From the human T2T-CHM13v2.0 reference genome, Homo sapiens, in the NCBI RefSeq assembly GCF_009914755.1, contig NC_060927.1: a DNA stretch of 64,000 nucleotides; one strand, written 5' to 3'. The translations under genes were made by a program, and so were the position numbers. The number at the start of each line of letters is the position of its first letter. Position 1 is the stretch's first letter. This document shows positions 17,085 to 31,471 of this stretch, piece after piece. The notes under the pieces are model-generated. The model made no database searches. It was given only the letters and a program-made list of their open reading frames with translations, and was not told the origin of the DNA.

Positions 17085-17962
17085 AGAAGCTCATTGTTTG
17101 TGTAGATACGCAGTGTCAGTACAAAGGACAAAGACCTATTAACAGAGTTACAAATGAGCAATGGAAGTAGCAGGTGTTGCCCATATTTTCAGCAGATTAG
17201 GCAGTGGAATAAGAGAATAGGATAAAAATATCTGAGAAATTGTTAATTGGGGAAAAATTCAAATACATCTAATTAAATAGAAATAGCATTGTTCAAGACA
17301 GAAGCTCTATTATATTAGCTCCTTCTTTGCAACTAAGCAGAATATTTCTTGAGAAGATTATATGAGCATAATTGTCAAACCAAACAAATGAAAATCTCCC
17401 AAACTAATGGATGTAATAAGTGAGATCTAGAAACTCACAGAAAGCTGTTTCATTTACCATAAAGAATAATGAAAAGTCTTTCATCTCTAAATTGTATGAA
17501 GTGAGAAATTCTGCCAATTATAAATGAGATGAAAACGAATACTTAAGAAAAATTCTGGCAACTTCATAAAAAATGCCAATTTTACATATTAGAAGAAAAA
17601 ACATATTATGCTGTTGACATGTTAAGTGCATCAATAGAGATAATGAATATGAATATGCTAAATCAAGGCATATAAAAAATAGAAGACTAGGATATTCTCA
17701 AAAAATTCAGTTTATATAGAAAGCCAGCCTGGTTTTTTACAAAGGTTTGTATAAAGAAGTACAGAAATATTTAAGGGTAGAAGAAAAATAAGCAGCCATA
17801 TGCTACTCTAAATAGTGCTGAGTTATATGGGCCACTTTTATGCAAAATGAATTCTATTGTAAAACACAAAAATAATGAAAAAAAATTGTCTCTATGTTGA
17901 TTTGACAGAACTTACGGTTAAAGCTAATGATGCAGTTTTAGAATAAATTTTCCTAAATCTAG

Positions 17963-18061
17963 GTAGAGAAACTCAATTGTCAAATGAATGATCTAGACCC
18001 GATGACCTACTGGGTTCCTTCTAAAGTAATGGCCCCAGGTATCCTAGTGCTTGAGAAATAC
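17963..18061 (+). pseudogene. Candidate exon (99 nt, open): VEKLNCQMNDLDPMTYWVPSKVMAPGILVLEKY
   Basis: Acceptor ttttcctaaatctag, donor TAC|gtaagc, 33 open codons, phase 0-0. Alternative phase-1 donor CAG|gtatcc after 18038. Confidence 0.6.
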
Positions 18062-18540
18062 GTAAGCATTGCTTGAAAAGAGCATGCTGGGGCCCAAGGT
18101 TTGGTAAGCGCTTTATGAAGTTTTGCTGCTTGCCTTCTCAGACCCTTTAGCACATAAATTTCTAAGAAAATACTTCTAAATGAATCATTTTCCCTGATAG
18201 GTCTTTTGATAACAGAAAAGGTTTTTGCCCGTGGATCTCAAAATACTTGTGTTTAACACATTAAACTGTTAGCCATAAATCAATTTAGAGTCCTAAAACA
18301 ATAATGAAAAATAAGTCAGAATCATTTTGACATACTGCTTTCTAAATATACATTTTTCACAGACCCTTTGTGTTATAATCAACTGGTAACTTCATTCTTC
18401 TACTTCCTAAGATTGTACATTCACCACTTGGATGGTGTAGTTATGAGCACTCAATTATTTTTTTATCTGAGGAAGTCTTCCTTGAGCTGTTAGTTCAGAT
18501 CTCTGGGCATTGACATCTCCTGTTCATTTCATATTCTTGA

Positions 18541-18848
<308 letters not shown>

Positions 18849-19825
18849 GTCAAGTTACTTTCTATACACTTGGTGACGCTTTGGTCTTTTCTGTTAAATC
18901 ACTCTCAGATTCCCGAAGTGTTTTTCTTATTTAGGAATAGCAATACTGTTAATTAGCTAAGCATCCGTGATGCCATTCACTTTTTATGGCTTATCTCAAC
19001 CCTTTCAACAACTTTGTGCTAGAGGTCAATTTAACCGTTTTGCCACAGAGAAAACAAAAGGCTAAGAACCCCATAGCTTATACATGGTAGAGTCAACATT
19101 CGAACCCACCTTTGCTTTTCTTCAAAGCTGGTCTTAAGGGTAATGCCCAATTTTCTTGCCCTCTCTATTCCCTATCGTAAATTCCACCCTCAAACCACCT
19201 ACAATTTCAGACATATTTCCATTGTTTGACCCTAGGTGGACAAGAGAAGAGAGATATTACTTAAGAGACTAGAAGTCAAGGACTAGATTTTACTAGGTAA
19301 TCACCAAACCTCACACCAGAGCTAAGAGTTTCTGAACTCACTCATGCCCCCGGGTGCTGCGTGACTCTGAAACTCAATGTCAGGCCTTATGAAGTGATCA
19401 TGAGCTCCCTTTGGAAGCAGCCACCTCTACCATTTCCTCTTTCCCATCTGCTTCTCCATGAGGCTCTTCGCTTCCTTGAGAAACTTGGCTTCACACCTAT
19501 GAGTAATTCTCTGTCTCCTTTTTAACCGTACACCTTCAATCAACAGCCCTTCTGTTTCTCTTGCCACAGATCTCCACAGAGGCCTGAAAAAGTGATTTAT
19601 CTGAGCAAAGGAGGTCTTCTTTATTCAGTGCCATTGCTCCCAGATGTTTTCTTCTGATTCTAGAAGGCAGATTTATGTCGTTCCTGTTACCTCAGCCCAT
19701 GAAGCTCAGGTAACCACAGGCACCTTCTGGCCGTACTGTATTAAAATTATATTCTCCTGATTTACATACATTAGGTTTATGAGCTATTGGAAGCACCTAA
19801 TAACTTTGGGCAAGATGATCCTGAC

Positions 19826-19993
19826 TTTATTTTTTTATTTTAGATTCAGGGGGTACATGTGCAGGTTGGTTACCTGGGCATATTGCATGATGCTGAGGTT
19901 TGGGGTATGAATGACCAGGCACTGAGTAAAGTACCAGTAGGTAGTTTTCCAACCTTTCCCTTCCTCCCTCCCTCCACTCTCTGGTAGTCCCCA
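19826..19993 (-). mobile_element. L1PA15/16-like 3' end, heavily 5'-truncated
   Basis: ttttagattcagggggtacatgtgcagg..tgatgctgaggtttgggg. Confidence 0.8.
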
Positions 19994-20094
19994 GACTTTT
20001 TTTATGTGACAATATCATTTTTATTTTTCTAACAAATCTTTCTTCCTTTTTTTCTTTTGAAGATAAACATGGATTTAATAAGAATCAGATAATT

Positions 20095-20545
20095 CCACTT
20101 AGAATCATCTATTGGGGGGGCTATTTTAAAATGCTGGTGTCTGATTTAATTGCTTTGGAGAGGACCTGAGTATAAATATTATTTTTAAAAGCACCCCCGG
20201 TGATTCCAGTGTGCATCTGGGAATGAGAACCCTTGTTGTCGGCAGCACTTCTCAGGTTCATATTCTTAAGTGGGGCAACCACACATGCTAGTTTGCCTTA
20301 AGTGAGTCCTGGTGTAATTATTCACAGTACTTCCTGCTATTCTCAGAATCTCCACTTTGGGTGATAAATTATATGGCTACCCTATTCATGAAAATCATCT
20401 GGGAAGCTCATTAAAAATTCAGATTATCTAATCTCAGGTCAGAAGATTGAGTTTCTGTAGGTCTGGGGTAAGGTTTGAGTCTGCATTAAAAACTAGTAAA
20501 ATTGTCATGAGTTGATTCTAATGCAGGTGATGTACACACTCCAAC
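20095..20545. mobile_element. MER5-type hAT-Charlie elements (two adjacent)
   Basis: agaatcatct..ggtgattccagtgtgca..tgagaacc and aaatcatctgggaagct..gattctaatgcagg motifs. Confidence 0.6.
20271..20384 (-). mobile_element. MER94-like hAT-Blackjack MITE nested in MER5
   Basis: Degenerate TIRs tggggcaacca / tggctacccta; internal gataaattatatgg. Confidence 0.6.
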
Positions 20546-20547
20546 TC

Positions 20548-22190
20548 TTTTTAAAATAGATTATTTCTTTTGGAACAGTTTTAGTTTCACAGAAAAGTTG
20601 AGGGAAAATACAGAGATCTCCTATGGGCTCCCTGCCCCTGAATACCCACAGGCTGGCTGACTGTGAGAGTCTCACACCAGAGTGGCAGATTTATTACAAT
20701 TGATGAAGCTACACTGAGGCATCATTATCACTCAAAGTCTATGGTTTACATTAGGGTTCAGTCTTGGTGTTGTGTGTTCTATGAATTTTGGCAAATGTAT
20801 AATGACATGTATCCACCATCGCTGTATCGGAAAAATGTTTCAGTGCCCTAAAGATCCTCTGTTCTCTGCCTATTCATTTCTTTCTCTCCCCTAATGACTG
20901 GAAACCACTGATCTTTTTACAGTCTTCATAGTTTTGCCTTTTCCAGAATATCATATAGTTGGAATCATACAGTATGTAGCCTTTTCAGATTGGCTTCTTT
21001 CACTGAGTAATACACATTTAAGTGTCCTCCACGTCCTTTCACGGATTCTTAGCTAATTTTTTTCTGAATGTTCATGTAGTTTATCCTTTCACTGAATGAA
21101 GAACAACTTTATTTCTTCCAAGTTTTGGCAATTATGAATAAAGCTGCTATAAACATATATGTGGAGTTTATCTAGTGGACATAGTTTTTTAACAAAGTTG
21201 GGTAAATCCCAAAGCGCACAATTACTATATTCTATGGTAAGAACATATTTAGTTTTGTAAGGAGCTGCCAAACTCTCTTTCAAAGTGGCTGAACCGTTTT
21301 CCATTCCCACCACTGACAAATGAGAATTCCTATTGCTCTACCTCCTCACCAGCTTTCGATGTTGTCACTGTTTTGTACATTTGCCATTTTAATAGATCCC
21401 TAATGGTATCTCCTTTTTGTTTTAATTTGTAATTTCCTAATGACATATGATGTTAAGCATCTTCCCATACGCTTATTTGCTATCTGTATATCTTTTTTAG
21501 TGATAGTTTTAAAGTAAGGTGTTTTGTCTATTTTTTAATCAGGTTGTTCATTTTCTCATTGTTGAGTTTTAAGATATCTTTGTATACTTTGAATAACAGT
21601 CCTGTATCAGGTATGTCTTTTGCAAATATTTTCACTTAGTCTGTGGTTTGTCTTCTCACTCTCTCGACACTGTCTTTTTCAGAGTAGAAGTTTTTAATTT
21701 TATGAAGTCCAGCATATCAACTCTTTGTTTCATGGACTGTGCCTTTAGTGTTACATCTAAAAAGTCATTGCAACACCCACGGTAATTTATATTTTTCTCT
21801 TGTATTATCTTATAGGAGTTTTATGGCTTTGCATTTTACATTTGGCTCGATGGTCCATTTTAAGTTAGTTTCCGTGAAGGGTGTAAGGTCTATGTCCAGA
21901 TTCATTTTTTTGTACTTGTAGGTCCGGTTGTTCCAGGGCCATTTGTTTAAAAGACTATGTTTCTCTATTGTAATGCTTTTGCTACTTTCAAAGATCAATT
22001 GAATTTATTTGTGCAGGTTGTTTCTCAGCTTTCTATTCTGTTCCATTGATCTATTTGTCTATTATCTTTAAAGTAAGGTAGTGTTAGGCCTCCAACTTTG
22101 TTCTTCTCCTTCAGTATTGTCAGCTATTCTGAGTCTTTTGCCTCTCCATGTAAACTTTAGAAATTCTCTGACATCCACAAAATATATTGC
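20548..22190 (-). mobile_element. L1MC1/2-like 3' portion
   Basis: caccagagtgg..attacaattgatgaa..catcattatcactcaaagtc 3'UTR followed by ORF2 tail. Confidence 0.85.
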
Positions 22191-22329
22191 CACACTGTCC
22201 TTTTAAAACACTGTTTAGGGTCTGAACTTTAAAAACATCGGAACCTATAATAGTGTGTGTTAGATATTGTCAAGTTTTCCGTATTCTAAAGAAAGATACT
22301 CAAAGGTGAATAATGGATCTGTAATTTAA

Positions 22330-22550
22330 ATAATAATAAATAATAGTTAATGAACTCTCACAACGTTCTATTTTCTCCTATTTGTCCTATTTGATCCTTA
22401 AACAACATAGTGAAGTGGTTATGAATTCTGTTGTATGAATTAAGAAACTGAGAATTTGAATAATTTTTTCTAAATGTGTACAGTTAGAAAGTGGTAGAAT
22501 TTTGATTCAAATTTAGGTTAATGAGCCATAATGCTTTATTATGATTGTGT
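22330..22550 (-). mobile_element. MIR
   Basis: ttgatcctt..aagaaactgag..gtggtagaat motifs. Confidence 0.55.
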
Positions 22551-22609
22551 AATGTCATTTCCCAAACACTGTTCACTGATTTAAATCTCACAAAATCCTT
22601 CTGATACAG

Positions 22610-22637
22610 ACTGTAAAAGGCCTGCTAATTTAGACAG
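22610..22637 (+). pseudogene. Tentative micro-exon (28 nt): TVKGLLI*T
   Basis: ccttctgatacag / CAG|gtgaaa. Phase 0->1 bridges the 17963 and 22793 exons; TAG at 22631. Confidence 0.3.
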
Positions 22638-22792
22638 GTGAAACGACTTTACCATTTATGATGTTATACTGGTAGTGTAATGAAGGCAGAATATGAATAT
22701 AGATCTTTTAATTCCCTAACCAATATATGTTCTTCTCTTTTACTTAATGTAGATTAAATGACGATCTGCTTGTTTTCATTTAAATTTTAAAG

Positions 22793-22850
22793 ACCTGTGA
22801 AAACCACTATACTTTTGTAAAGAAGGAAAAACAAACGTTCACATTTTGAG
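22793..22850 (+). pseudogene. Candidate exon (58 nt): L*KPLYFCKEGKTNVHIL(S)
   Basis: Acceptor tgttttcatttaaattttaaag, donor GAG|gtagat, phase 1->2. TGA at 22798 (possible CGA decay); resembles IKKbeta KPATQCISDGKLN. Confidence 0.5.
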
Positions 22851-23071
22851 GTAGATAGAAATGTCTTATTACATGCTTTGGCAACTCTTTCTGAAGGTTA
22901 AAACATATTAGAAAGCCCCATCTCTTCCATTTCTAACAGTAAAGCCACCCTGACTAGCTCCCCACCTTCTTTGTAACTTATCTCGTATTTATCATATTCA
23001 AATCTGCAATCTTGATGCTATTTTTGTGATCGTAATTCATGCTCAACAATCTGCTTCCATTCTCAACTCAG

Positions 23072-23147
23072 TGAGCTGGCAATCAATTTCTTAGTGCTAT
23101 TTGAGAAGAAAGCAAAATCTAAAAATGAAGCTATTACTATATTACAA
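23072..23147 (+). pseudogene. Candidate exon (76 nt, open): ELAINFLVLFEKKAKSKNEAITILQ
   Basis: Acceptor cttccattctcaactcag, donor CAA|gtaagt, phase 2->0, no stop; resembles IKK VYLFDKSK. Confidence 0.6.
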
Positions 23148-23728
23148 GTAAGTACTAAATCTGTTAGGTAGGGGCTGACAGATCACATTAGAATGTGTGC
23201 CCTGAGGCACTGTGAGGCATGAGAAGGGACTTGTGATGCATGACACTATTATTGACCTTTGAGTTACACAATTTATCAGAAAGGAAAAAATAGTTTCCTT
23301 TGTGTCGGTAAAAACCAGTAAGTGAGCCCTTTAGTCTAGATTTCCAGGAGAAGCAAATTGGTCATTGTAAAAGTTCACTAATTCGGCTGTTTATTCTCCC
23401 AAACAGAAATGGGATTGTTACCACCTGACCAGCATGCATTTAGCAGAGCAGTCCTTAGCTAAATATTACATCAGAAACCAGGGTAAGAAGCAGGCTATAT
23501 TGTGAGAACTATTAGAAGTGGTTGGCCTATCCTTTAATTGGTGTTTCACACTGCTCTGCTTCCCTACTTACCATTATACATACTCACACGATTACAAACT
23601 TAACATTACAACATAATAAACATCACGGTGCTCTGTCATTAATAGAGCACTTCCTCCAATTTATGCATGATACTTAGCTCTAAACTTGATTTATCTGATT
23701 TAATCCTTCAAATAGTCTACGACCTAAG

Positions 23729-23955
23729 TTTTTTTTTTTTGTTTGTTTGTTTTTGAGACAGAGACTCACTCCGTCATCTAGGCTGGAGTGCAACAATGCG
23801 ATCTCGGCTCACTGCAACCTCCACTTCTTTGGGTTCAAGCAATTCTTGTGCCTCAGCCTCCTGGATAGCTGGGATTACAGGTGTGCACCACCACGCCTGG
23901 CTAATGTTTTCATATTTTTAGTAGAAATGGGGTTTCATCATGTTGGCCAGGCTGG
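23729..23955 (-). mobile_element. 5'-truncated AluS inserted in a MIR (MIR ~23640-24075)
   Basis: Poly-T/(TTTG) tail, right arm, ends at ggccaggctgg; MIR sequence on both sides. Confidence 0.9.
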
Positions 23956-24534
23956 CACAATCCTAGTAGTATTATGCTCATTGTGCTGTTATGGAACTTG
24001 AGGCTTTGATGATTAAGATGAGTTGCCCAAGTTTGCACAGCTAGTAAGTGCCAGAACTGAAACTCAAATCTAAGGGGAAATGGGCTTTATCACTGTATTC
24101 TTAAGCATTTCTCTGCATTGCAGTGTATGTAAAATGAATGGATAGTACTTGAAATTAGTCCCGGACAATTAAGTCTATATGTGATGTATTCAAAATCAGT
24201 TGAAAGTTCTAGGATCTAATCACTGCCATAGTGCACTCCAGGTCATGCAACAAAGCGTTACCCCTTTTTTGTTGTTGTTCATCATTCTTATCTAAAGAGG
24301 ATTATATTCTGAGGTCTTTATTGCATTCACAGCATTCCTGAGAGCCACATGCTATGAGAACCCTCTTTTTTTCTCATTTTAAAAAAGTTAACTTTATTGG
24401 GATATATATATAATTTACATAGAATAAATTTTACCTTCTTATTTGTTCAGTTTTATGAATTCTTATAAACTCATGTAAACAACATGAGAATCAAGACAAT
24501 TTCCATAACCCAAATGGTTCATCATTAACTGTAA

Positions 24535-25925
24535 ATAAACTTTTTATTTAGAACAGATTTAGAGTTAGAAAAAAGTTAGTAGTACAGCGAGTTCTCATGT
24601 ACCCTCCACCCACCCAGTATATTCCCTGTTGTTAGCATCTTGCATTAGTACGGCATTGTGATCTTTTTCTGTGCCAGCATTTCATCCAAGATACCATGTT
24701 TACGTATAGTCATCGTGTCTCCTCGGGCTCCTCTAGTCTGTGACAGTTTCATAGACTTTCCTTGGTATTGATAACCCTGATGACTTTGAGGACTATTGGT
24801 CAACTATTTTGTAGAATAACTCTCATTTAGGATTTATCTGATATTTTCTTATGATTAGACTGGGGTCATGTGTTTTTAGGAGAGAGACTACAGAGATAAA
24901 GTGCCGTTCTCATCACATCATATCGAGACCATATGCTATCAACATGACAAATCACTGTTGTTGTTGACTTTTATTACTTAACTGACTTAGTGTTTGTCAG
25001 ATTTGTCCACTGTGAAGTTATTCTTTCCTGCCTTGTCTGTAAAATACTTTTTAGGAGGAAGTCACTATGTGAAGCTTAGAGTGGGGAGTTATGCCCTGCC
25101 TTGTTTAGTGGGGAACACCTACACAAATTATTTGGAGTAAACAGAGGATTTGTCTATTTCCTTCATTTGTTTATTTATGCATTAATTTAATCATTAATTT
25201 ATATCACTATGGACTCAGATATTTTATACTTTGGGTTATAATCTAATAGCACATTTTAAGTTTCGTTGCTCATATTGTGCTAGCTACAGCCATTAGAAGC
25301 TCTTTCAGTTGACTACTGTGTCCTTTTGACATATCCCCATTGTTGTTTTCTGTTGGTTAGTTTATTTTTGCTTTATTTCTAGCACTTGTTCTCTGGGAAT
25401 ACAAACTATCCCAGGATAATCTTATGTATTCCCTGTCCAAGCTCCCAAATCAACCATTTCTCCAAGGGGTTCTAGTTCCTTTTAGTCGAGAAGCCAAGAT
25501 CTGGGTGCTAGAGGTGCTCACTGCTACCAGGGTGTTGTTCCTTCTATGTCCCCTCAGATGATGGAGAAAGAGATGTATATGTGTATACTAGCTCACGTGT
25601 GTACACATATCAAAAATAATTCCCTGTGTATCATGCTAAACGTGAATTGTACTGATACCTTCTACTGTAATTCATTATAACATGGCTTATTCTAAGTTGT
25701 TCTCCCTTTCATGTTTCTAATTCCCATCCCAACAATGAGCGAAACCTATCCCTTGCTAGCTGCCATTGATTTACTTACTTGCTCAGTTCTTGTATACATG
25801 TATATGGGTTCCTGAATTGTTTACTTGTATCCCCATGGGAAACAACTTTCCCAACTAGAGTGCGTACGCGCAGTTCATTTTGCCTTTGGTTTTATAGCCT
25901 CTGTGTATTTACAAAATTAATTAGG
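24535..25925 (-). mobile_element. L1MC3/4-like 3' end
   Basis: gagttctcatgtaccc..ctcctctagtctgtgacagtttc..aagatctgggtgctag motifs. Confidence 0.75.
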
Positions 25926-27003
25926 GCCATATATGCTGACCTTTTATGAGAAAATATTCAAATCAGCATAAAAAATAAAGTTTTATTTAGTGTATAGCTA
26001 CATTGTGAACAGTTTTAAAATTCTAGAGTTACTTACAATCATGGATGTGTATTCATGTAATAATAGTTTTAAGTCTATGGTGTTCATTGGATAGTCTAAT
26101 ATTATAGCAGTTATTTTTCAATTAATTTTTAAAGCTTTTATGTTTTTGGTTTTCTGGTCTTTCCATTTCATGCATCATTAAAAGGAGAATTCTGTAAAAC
26201 AAAACATTTTATATAAAGATGAAATATGGAAAATATTTCCTATAAGCTGTCTGTATTATTATGTATTTTAATGGACTTAAAAATGTATAAAAATATGTTT
26301 AAATATTTGTAACTACACTCCATATATCAATTAAGAAATTGGCTGCAAATATGTGACTTTAAGGTACGTCTTTTAGAATAAATAATTGTCTACATTCTTG
26401 GTAATAAAATAGTATTATTCTGAAAATACTAAGCAAATGTGGCTTTTTATCACCTGAAATAGAAAACCTTGACAATTTCAATGCTTTCTCCTGCTAGATG
26501 AATCTTATGAGATCCTATAACTCACCCAAACTTTAAAAAGCAATCTCATCTCAAACTATTCTTTCCAAAGTTCTCTTTTGGAAGTTCAAGGGTATGTTTT
26601 AAAAAATAATTAAGTAACCATGTAAATTGAGAACAAAATAGATGAGCTGCTGTGTTTTCTGTATAAGTCATGCTGGATGCAAGGTTAGGATTTTAAGTTC
26701 CATAAAATCAATTATATACACAAGCTGAAATAGTATCTGAGACTAAGGTAAATAGAATGAGCAGGGCATCAAGGATACAGCAGTCAAAAACAGCAAACCT
26801 TTCACTGAATATCAGATATAAAACATTTAGGAACCTGCCTTGAAGAAATCTTCTTTTGATTAAAATTTAATGATTTATATTTATAAAATGAGTAGCTCTG
26901 AGGTTTTATATATTCATAACGTCAAGAGTTTCTCAGATACTTCAAGTACATTCAAGCTTTTGTAATGAAGATTCATTTTAAATTAATGATTTATTACTTT
27001 CAG

Positions 27004-27075
27004 CAACATTTTAAAGTAGTTTGTAGTATGATGTTGGGCTCCAAAGAAAAACAATTGCCTGAAGAACTGTATCAG
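27004..27075 (+). pseudogene. Candidate exon (72 nt, open): QHFKVVCSMMLGSKEKQLPEELYQ
   Basis: Acceptor ttattactttcag, donor CAG|gtaaac, phase 0-0; lies inside ORF 26965-27171. Confidence 0.65.
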
Positions 27076-27729
27076 GTAAACCTTCTCTGTAACAGACTTC
27101 AAAAGAAAATGGCTGAGACAAACTGGGATGCTGGAAAACTGCAGGTGTACTTTTCAGGATATAAGCATTAATACGTGTGTAATACTGTAATTTCTTTAAA
27201 AGTGTAATTTGGGGCATGGTTAAACCACAGAGGTGTCTATGAATTTGATTTTGACTCCCAACTGCAGTGGCAGTAGTGTGTGCCTTTCTCTTCCAGAGCA
27301 ATAAGCATTTTGCTGAGGAACTTAAAATTTGCATCTAGGAAATTGAATCTCCTAGGCTAGTCTTTGATCACACAAATCTAAACTAAAGACGGACACAGTA
27401 CAAAACAAAAACAAAAACAGAACAAGTGGTTCAGCCTCAATCTTCATTTTTTTCTGTGTATGATTACGAGCGAAGTAGAGGTACATCACAACACCACAAT
27501 CATTTATTGAATAGTGTACATTACCCCAACATCCTTATTCATAATGACTTTAAGATTTAATAAAGGGAATTAGAGGAATATACAAACGTATATGACAGTT
27601 AGGTACTTCACCTCTAAAAAAAAACAATAAAAAGTGTGTATTCAAGGGAGGGAGAAAAGACATTTCTTTAAGGGGACTGGGAACACTTTGGGCATTTGTT
27701 GAATGCCCATAATATTACTTTAAAAATGC

Positions 27730-29309
27730 CCCTCCTATTCAACATAGTATTGGGAGTTCTGGCCGGGGCAATCAGACAAGAGAAAGAAATAAAGGAAGAG
27801 AGGAAGTCAAATTGTCTCTGTTTGCAGATGACATGATTGTATATTTAGAAAACTCCAACATCTCAGTCCAAAATCTCCTTAAGCTGATAAGCAACTTCAG
27901 CAAAGTCTCAGGACACAAAATCAATGTGCAAAAATCACAAGCTTTTCTATACACAAATAACAGACAAACAGAGAGCCAAACCATGAGTGAATTCCCATTC
28001 ACAATTGCTACTAAGAGAATAAAATACCTAGGAATACAACTTACAAGGAATGTGAAGGACCTCTTCAAGGAAAACTGCAAACCACTGCTCTAGGAAATAG
28101 AGAGGACACAAACAAATAACAAAAAATTCCATGCTCATAGATAGGAAGAATCAATATTGTGAAAATGATCATACTGCTCAAAGTAATTTATAGATTCAAT
28201 GCTATCCCCATCAAGCTACCAGTGACTTTCTTCACAGAATTAGAAAAAACCGCTTTAAATTTCATATGGAACCAAAGAGCCTGCATAGCCAAGACAATCC
28301 TAAGCAAAAAGAATAAAGCTGGAGGCATTAAGATCCCTGATTTCAAACTATACTACAAGGCTATGGTAACCAAAACAGCATGGTACTGGTACCAAAACAG
28401 ATACATAGACCAATGGAACAGAACAGAGGCCACAGATACAATACCACTCATCTACAACCATCTGATCTTTGACAAACCCGACACAAACAAGCAATGGGAA
28501 AAGGATTCCCTATTTAACTTTGTTGTTGGGAAAACTGGTTAGCCATATGCAGAAAACTGAAACTGGACCCCTTCCTTACACTTTATACAAAAATTAACTC
28601 AAGATGGATTAAATACTTAAACATAACACGTAAAACCATAAAAATCCTAGAAGAAAACCTAGGCAATACCATTCAGGACATAGGTGTGGGGAAATACTTC
28701 ATGTCTAAAACACCAAAAGCAATGGCAACAAAAGCCAAAATAGGCAAATGGGATCTAATTAAACTAAAGAGCTTCTGCACAGCAAAAGAAACTATCTTCA
28801 GACTAAATAGGCAACCTACAGAATGGGAGAAAATTTTTGCAATCTGTCCATCTGACAAAGCGCTAATATCCAGAATCTACAAAGAACTTAAACAAATTTA
28901 CAAGAAAACAACAAACAATCCCATCAAAAAGTGGACAGAGGATATGAACAGACACGCCATAAAAAAGGATGAGTTCATGTCCTTTGAAGGGACATGGATG
29001 AAGCTGGAAGCCATCATGCTCAGCAAACTAACACAAGAACAGAAAAACCAAACACCACGTTCTCACTCGTAAGTGGGAGCTGAACAATGAGAACACATGG
29101 ACACAGGGCGGGGAACATCACACGCCGGCGCCTGTCGGGGTGTTTTGGGGGCTAGGGGAGGGACAGCATTACAAGAAATACCTAATGTAGGTGATGGGTT
29201 GATGGGTGCAGCAAACCAGCATGGCATGTGCATAACTATGTAACAAACTGCACGTTCTGCACATGTACCACAGAACTTAAAGTATAATAAACAAGAAAAA
29301 AGAAAAAAA
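27730..29309 (+). mobile_element. L1PA7-like, 5'-truncated, with internal deletion
   Basis: ORF2 RT fragments (LFADDMIVY), 3'UTR gggctaggggaggg..tgtaggtgatgggttgatggg, poly-A. Confidence 0.9.
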
Positions 29310-30496
29310 TACAATTAATTTCAGGATATGATTTTAATGAATAGCAACTAGTAACAGAGGTTTTAAACATGACAAAGGGAGAATTTTCCTGGGGAAACAT
29401 TTCATACCCAAACTCTATCTTCCCCTTTAAACATGTCAAAGGGGAAGATACAGAATGTATAAAAGAAAAGTGCCAGATATTTTCACAGAGCAGCACTAAA
29501 TCTATAATTGTAAGAAATATAAGGAAAATAATAGGTGATAAAGCTAAAAATAAACATTAAGAACATACTACTGAAGGCCATACATGCCAGGGTGAATAAT
29601 GTGTATTTAATATGGAAGGAACAAAAACATTGGATTTTTGTAGTCTAGAAAATTAATATAGAAATATTGTGTATAAAATGATAAAGGGAAAAGCAAGATG
29701 TATGGATATCAAGATTGACTATAATAAGAGAAAAAACAGGAATTAAACTAGTTTGTTAAAATTATAATGAAGGGAATGGTAAGCTAAATATTTTGTTACT
29801 GTGAGCAATATAATTTGGAAACATAAATATAGAAATACAAAATCAAAGATGATACAGAAATTCTGATTGCTAATGCATGGGAGAACGAGCACACCCTTAA
29901 CATAAAAAAGAAGATAAGTTGGCTTCTAGAAATATGACTAGGGATGGGTGCAGGAGGGCATGTTCTATTTTTGAACATTAGAGGTCCTCACCCCACCCCC
30001 CAATATTTTACTATTTTTATTAATCCTATAGTGCACATATTGGACATAAATCATGTTCCTCACTTATGATGATATCTCTGGGATAGGTTCCTAGAGATAA
30101 AATCATGCTTTCAAAGACTTTCTTTCCCTACGCATTGTCATATTCTTTACCAAAATAGTTGTATCATCTTCAGCAATATATGAGGGAGTATTGCTAACTA
30201 TATTCTCATTAAACTTGATAATTAACATGTCTCTTGAGTTTTACCAGTTTTAGTAAAAATGAAATTTTGTTAATTTCATTTGAATTTCTTTGTTTACAAG
30301 TGGAATCAAATGTTAAAATAGGTTATTTAGATTTTATATTTTCCTTTCTGGAAATTGTTTATCCAGGTATTTTACCATATATATTCACCTGCCATTTGTT
30401 TCTATAGGCCTTATTGAGTTTTTCTTTCTAACTAATTGAAAAGAATATATCTGTTTGTTGACTTTTAAATGAATATTTGCTGCAAGTTTTCATTAA

Positions 30497-30840
<344 letters not shown>

Positions 30841-31471
30841 TAATTGTGTTCATAGTTTTAATGTATACATATATATATATATGTAGTTTTGAAGTGTCCA
30901 AGGGAATCTGAAGGAAAATGCATTTTTTTAAACTGGCTGACATACAGGAAGGAAGACATCCTTCAAAGAAACTGCTTCAAAGCAATTACACAGGGAGGAG
31001 GTTTTATAAAATTTGGGAGGATGAGCCACTCTGAGGAAAAGCAGAAGAAATCCTGAGAATGAAAAACAGCAAATTTTATGCATTCTGGCATGCACATTTT
31101 CAGCAAATAGGATGTTTTTGGTGTGAGGAAGACCAAAAGAATCTCATAACTTCCTTTAGGAAGGTTATGATCACTCACTTCTCAGGGATAAATGACATTT
31201 TCCAGCTGGGGTCAATCAGGAGTGGGGAAAATGTCATGGGAATAGAGGGATCTAAAATCATTCAGAAAAAAAATCTTACAGAAGTCAAGTCAAACCAAAC
31301 TATCTTTTCCTTTATCGTTTCCAGTATTCTCTATCTGGGAAATCTCCCGGCTCAAGTTAATATCTGTATATACATTTTTTCTTTTTTTACGACTCACATG
31401 TGGCACATTTTTTAGAATAGGATGCATGGAGTTGGTCATAAGTGACTTTTCAAATAGGTGACCAACAGATT

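Noticed and set aside
19570-19709. Acceptor/donor pair as a possible exon
   Set aside because: Stops in all frames from the strong acceptor; the shorter version does not clearly fit the chain.
27076-27144. Extension of the 27004 exon to CAG|gtgtac (contains CNRLQ, as in IKKbeta)
   Set aside because: Weaker donor and wrong spacing; the 32831 exon supplies that helix better. Probably coincidence.
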